Shown here one piece after another: positions 52,747 through 52,793 of a stretch of DNA of 52,793 nt. How positions within the stretch are numbered: the stretch's first letter is position 1; every line of letters starts with the position of its first letter. Origin of the DNA: an uncultured bacterium (GTDB taxonomy: Bacteria > Acidobacteriota > Aminicenantia > Aminicenantales > Aminicenantaceae); the NCBI GenBank assembly GCA_965602945.1, contig CBFDBC010000002.1, positions 1 to 52,793 on the forward strand. The letters are read 5' to 3'. The position numbers were made by a program, and so were the translations under genes. The notes below the pieces were generated by a model. It ran no database searches, was not told the origin of the DNA, and saw nothing but the letters and a program-made list of their open reading frames with translations.

Positions 52747-52793
52747 TTACAGTCTGGCCAGCTGCCGCAGCGATTCGCGCAGCAGGGTCTCGA
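52747..52793 (-). CDS. ruvA: Holliday junction DNA helicase RuvA, 3' end only (gene runs off the right edge)
   Basis: The minus-strand frame reads ...ETLLRESLRQLARL* with TAA (complement of 52747-52749). This resembles the RuvA C-terminus (E. coli ...SETLIREALRAAL), and the gene lies upstream of ruvB. Confidence 0.6.
   Translation of the reverse strand, partial: ETLLRESLRQLARL

Overview
This window looks like a GC-rich bacterial chromosome segment (GC judged by eye, not computed). Positions 1-31553 hold an almost gap-free, all plus-strand transcription/translation supercluster. Its order is tuf (3' end only), rpmG, tRNA-Trp, secE, nusG, rplKAJL, rpoBC, rpsLG, fusA, a second complete tuf, the S10/spc/alpha ribosomal-protein operons with secY, adk, map, infA and rpmJ, then rpoA and rplQ. 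Many gene junctions are 4-nt ATGA/GTGA overlaps. rpmG and rpmJ are missing from the ORF track because they are shorter than 60 aa, and I recovered them by hand. Positions 31.5-52.8 kb carry mixed-strand housekeeping and envelope genes: a Dx-domain basic protein, an MltD-like transglycosylase, galE, cca, a LEA_2 protein, a GT2 glycosyltransferase, a nitroreductase and an OMP. These are followed by tsaC, a cobB-larC-folE-metG minus-strand operon, mtnP, a PfkB kinase, a tryptophanase-family lyase, a 117-aa hypothetical, a YeiH-family transporter, queA, ruvB and the ruvA 3' end. I see no CRISPR array, transposase, integrase, rRNA or recognisable defence island, and I cannot point to a clear multi-gene novel system. 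The most unusual items are: (1) a roughly 60-aa insertion with four cysteine pairs (two putative zinc ribbons) in the N-terminal part of RpoB; (2) a small protein fusing a desulforedoxin-type CxxC...CC domain to histone-H1-like Ala/Lys/Pro repeats and a poly-Lys tail; (3) a 128-nt near-perfect-symmetry hairpin downstream of the YeiH-family gene, where a 7:1 excess of G-T over A-C mispairs argues for a plus-strand RNA structure; (4) a repeat plus long-stem element in the cobB/mtnP divergent intergenic region. The long antisense and alternative-frame ORFs in the track are typical GC-rich shadow ORFs and I rejected them.
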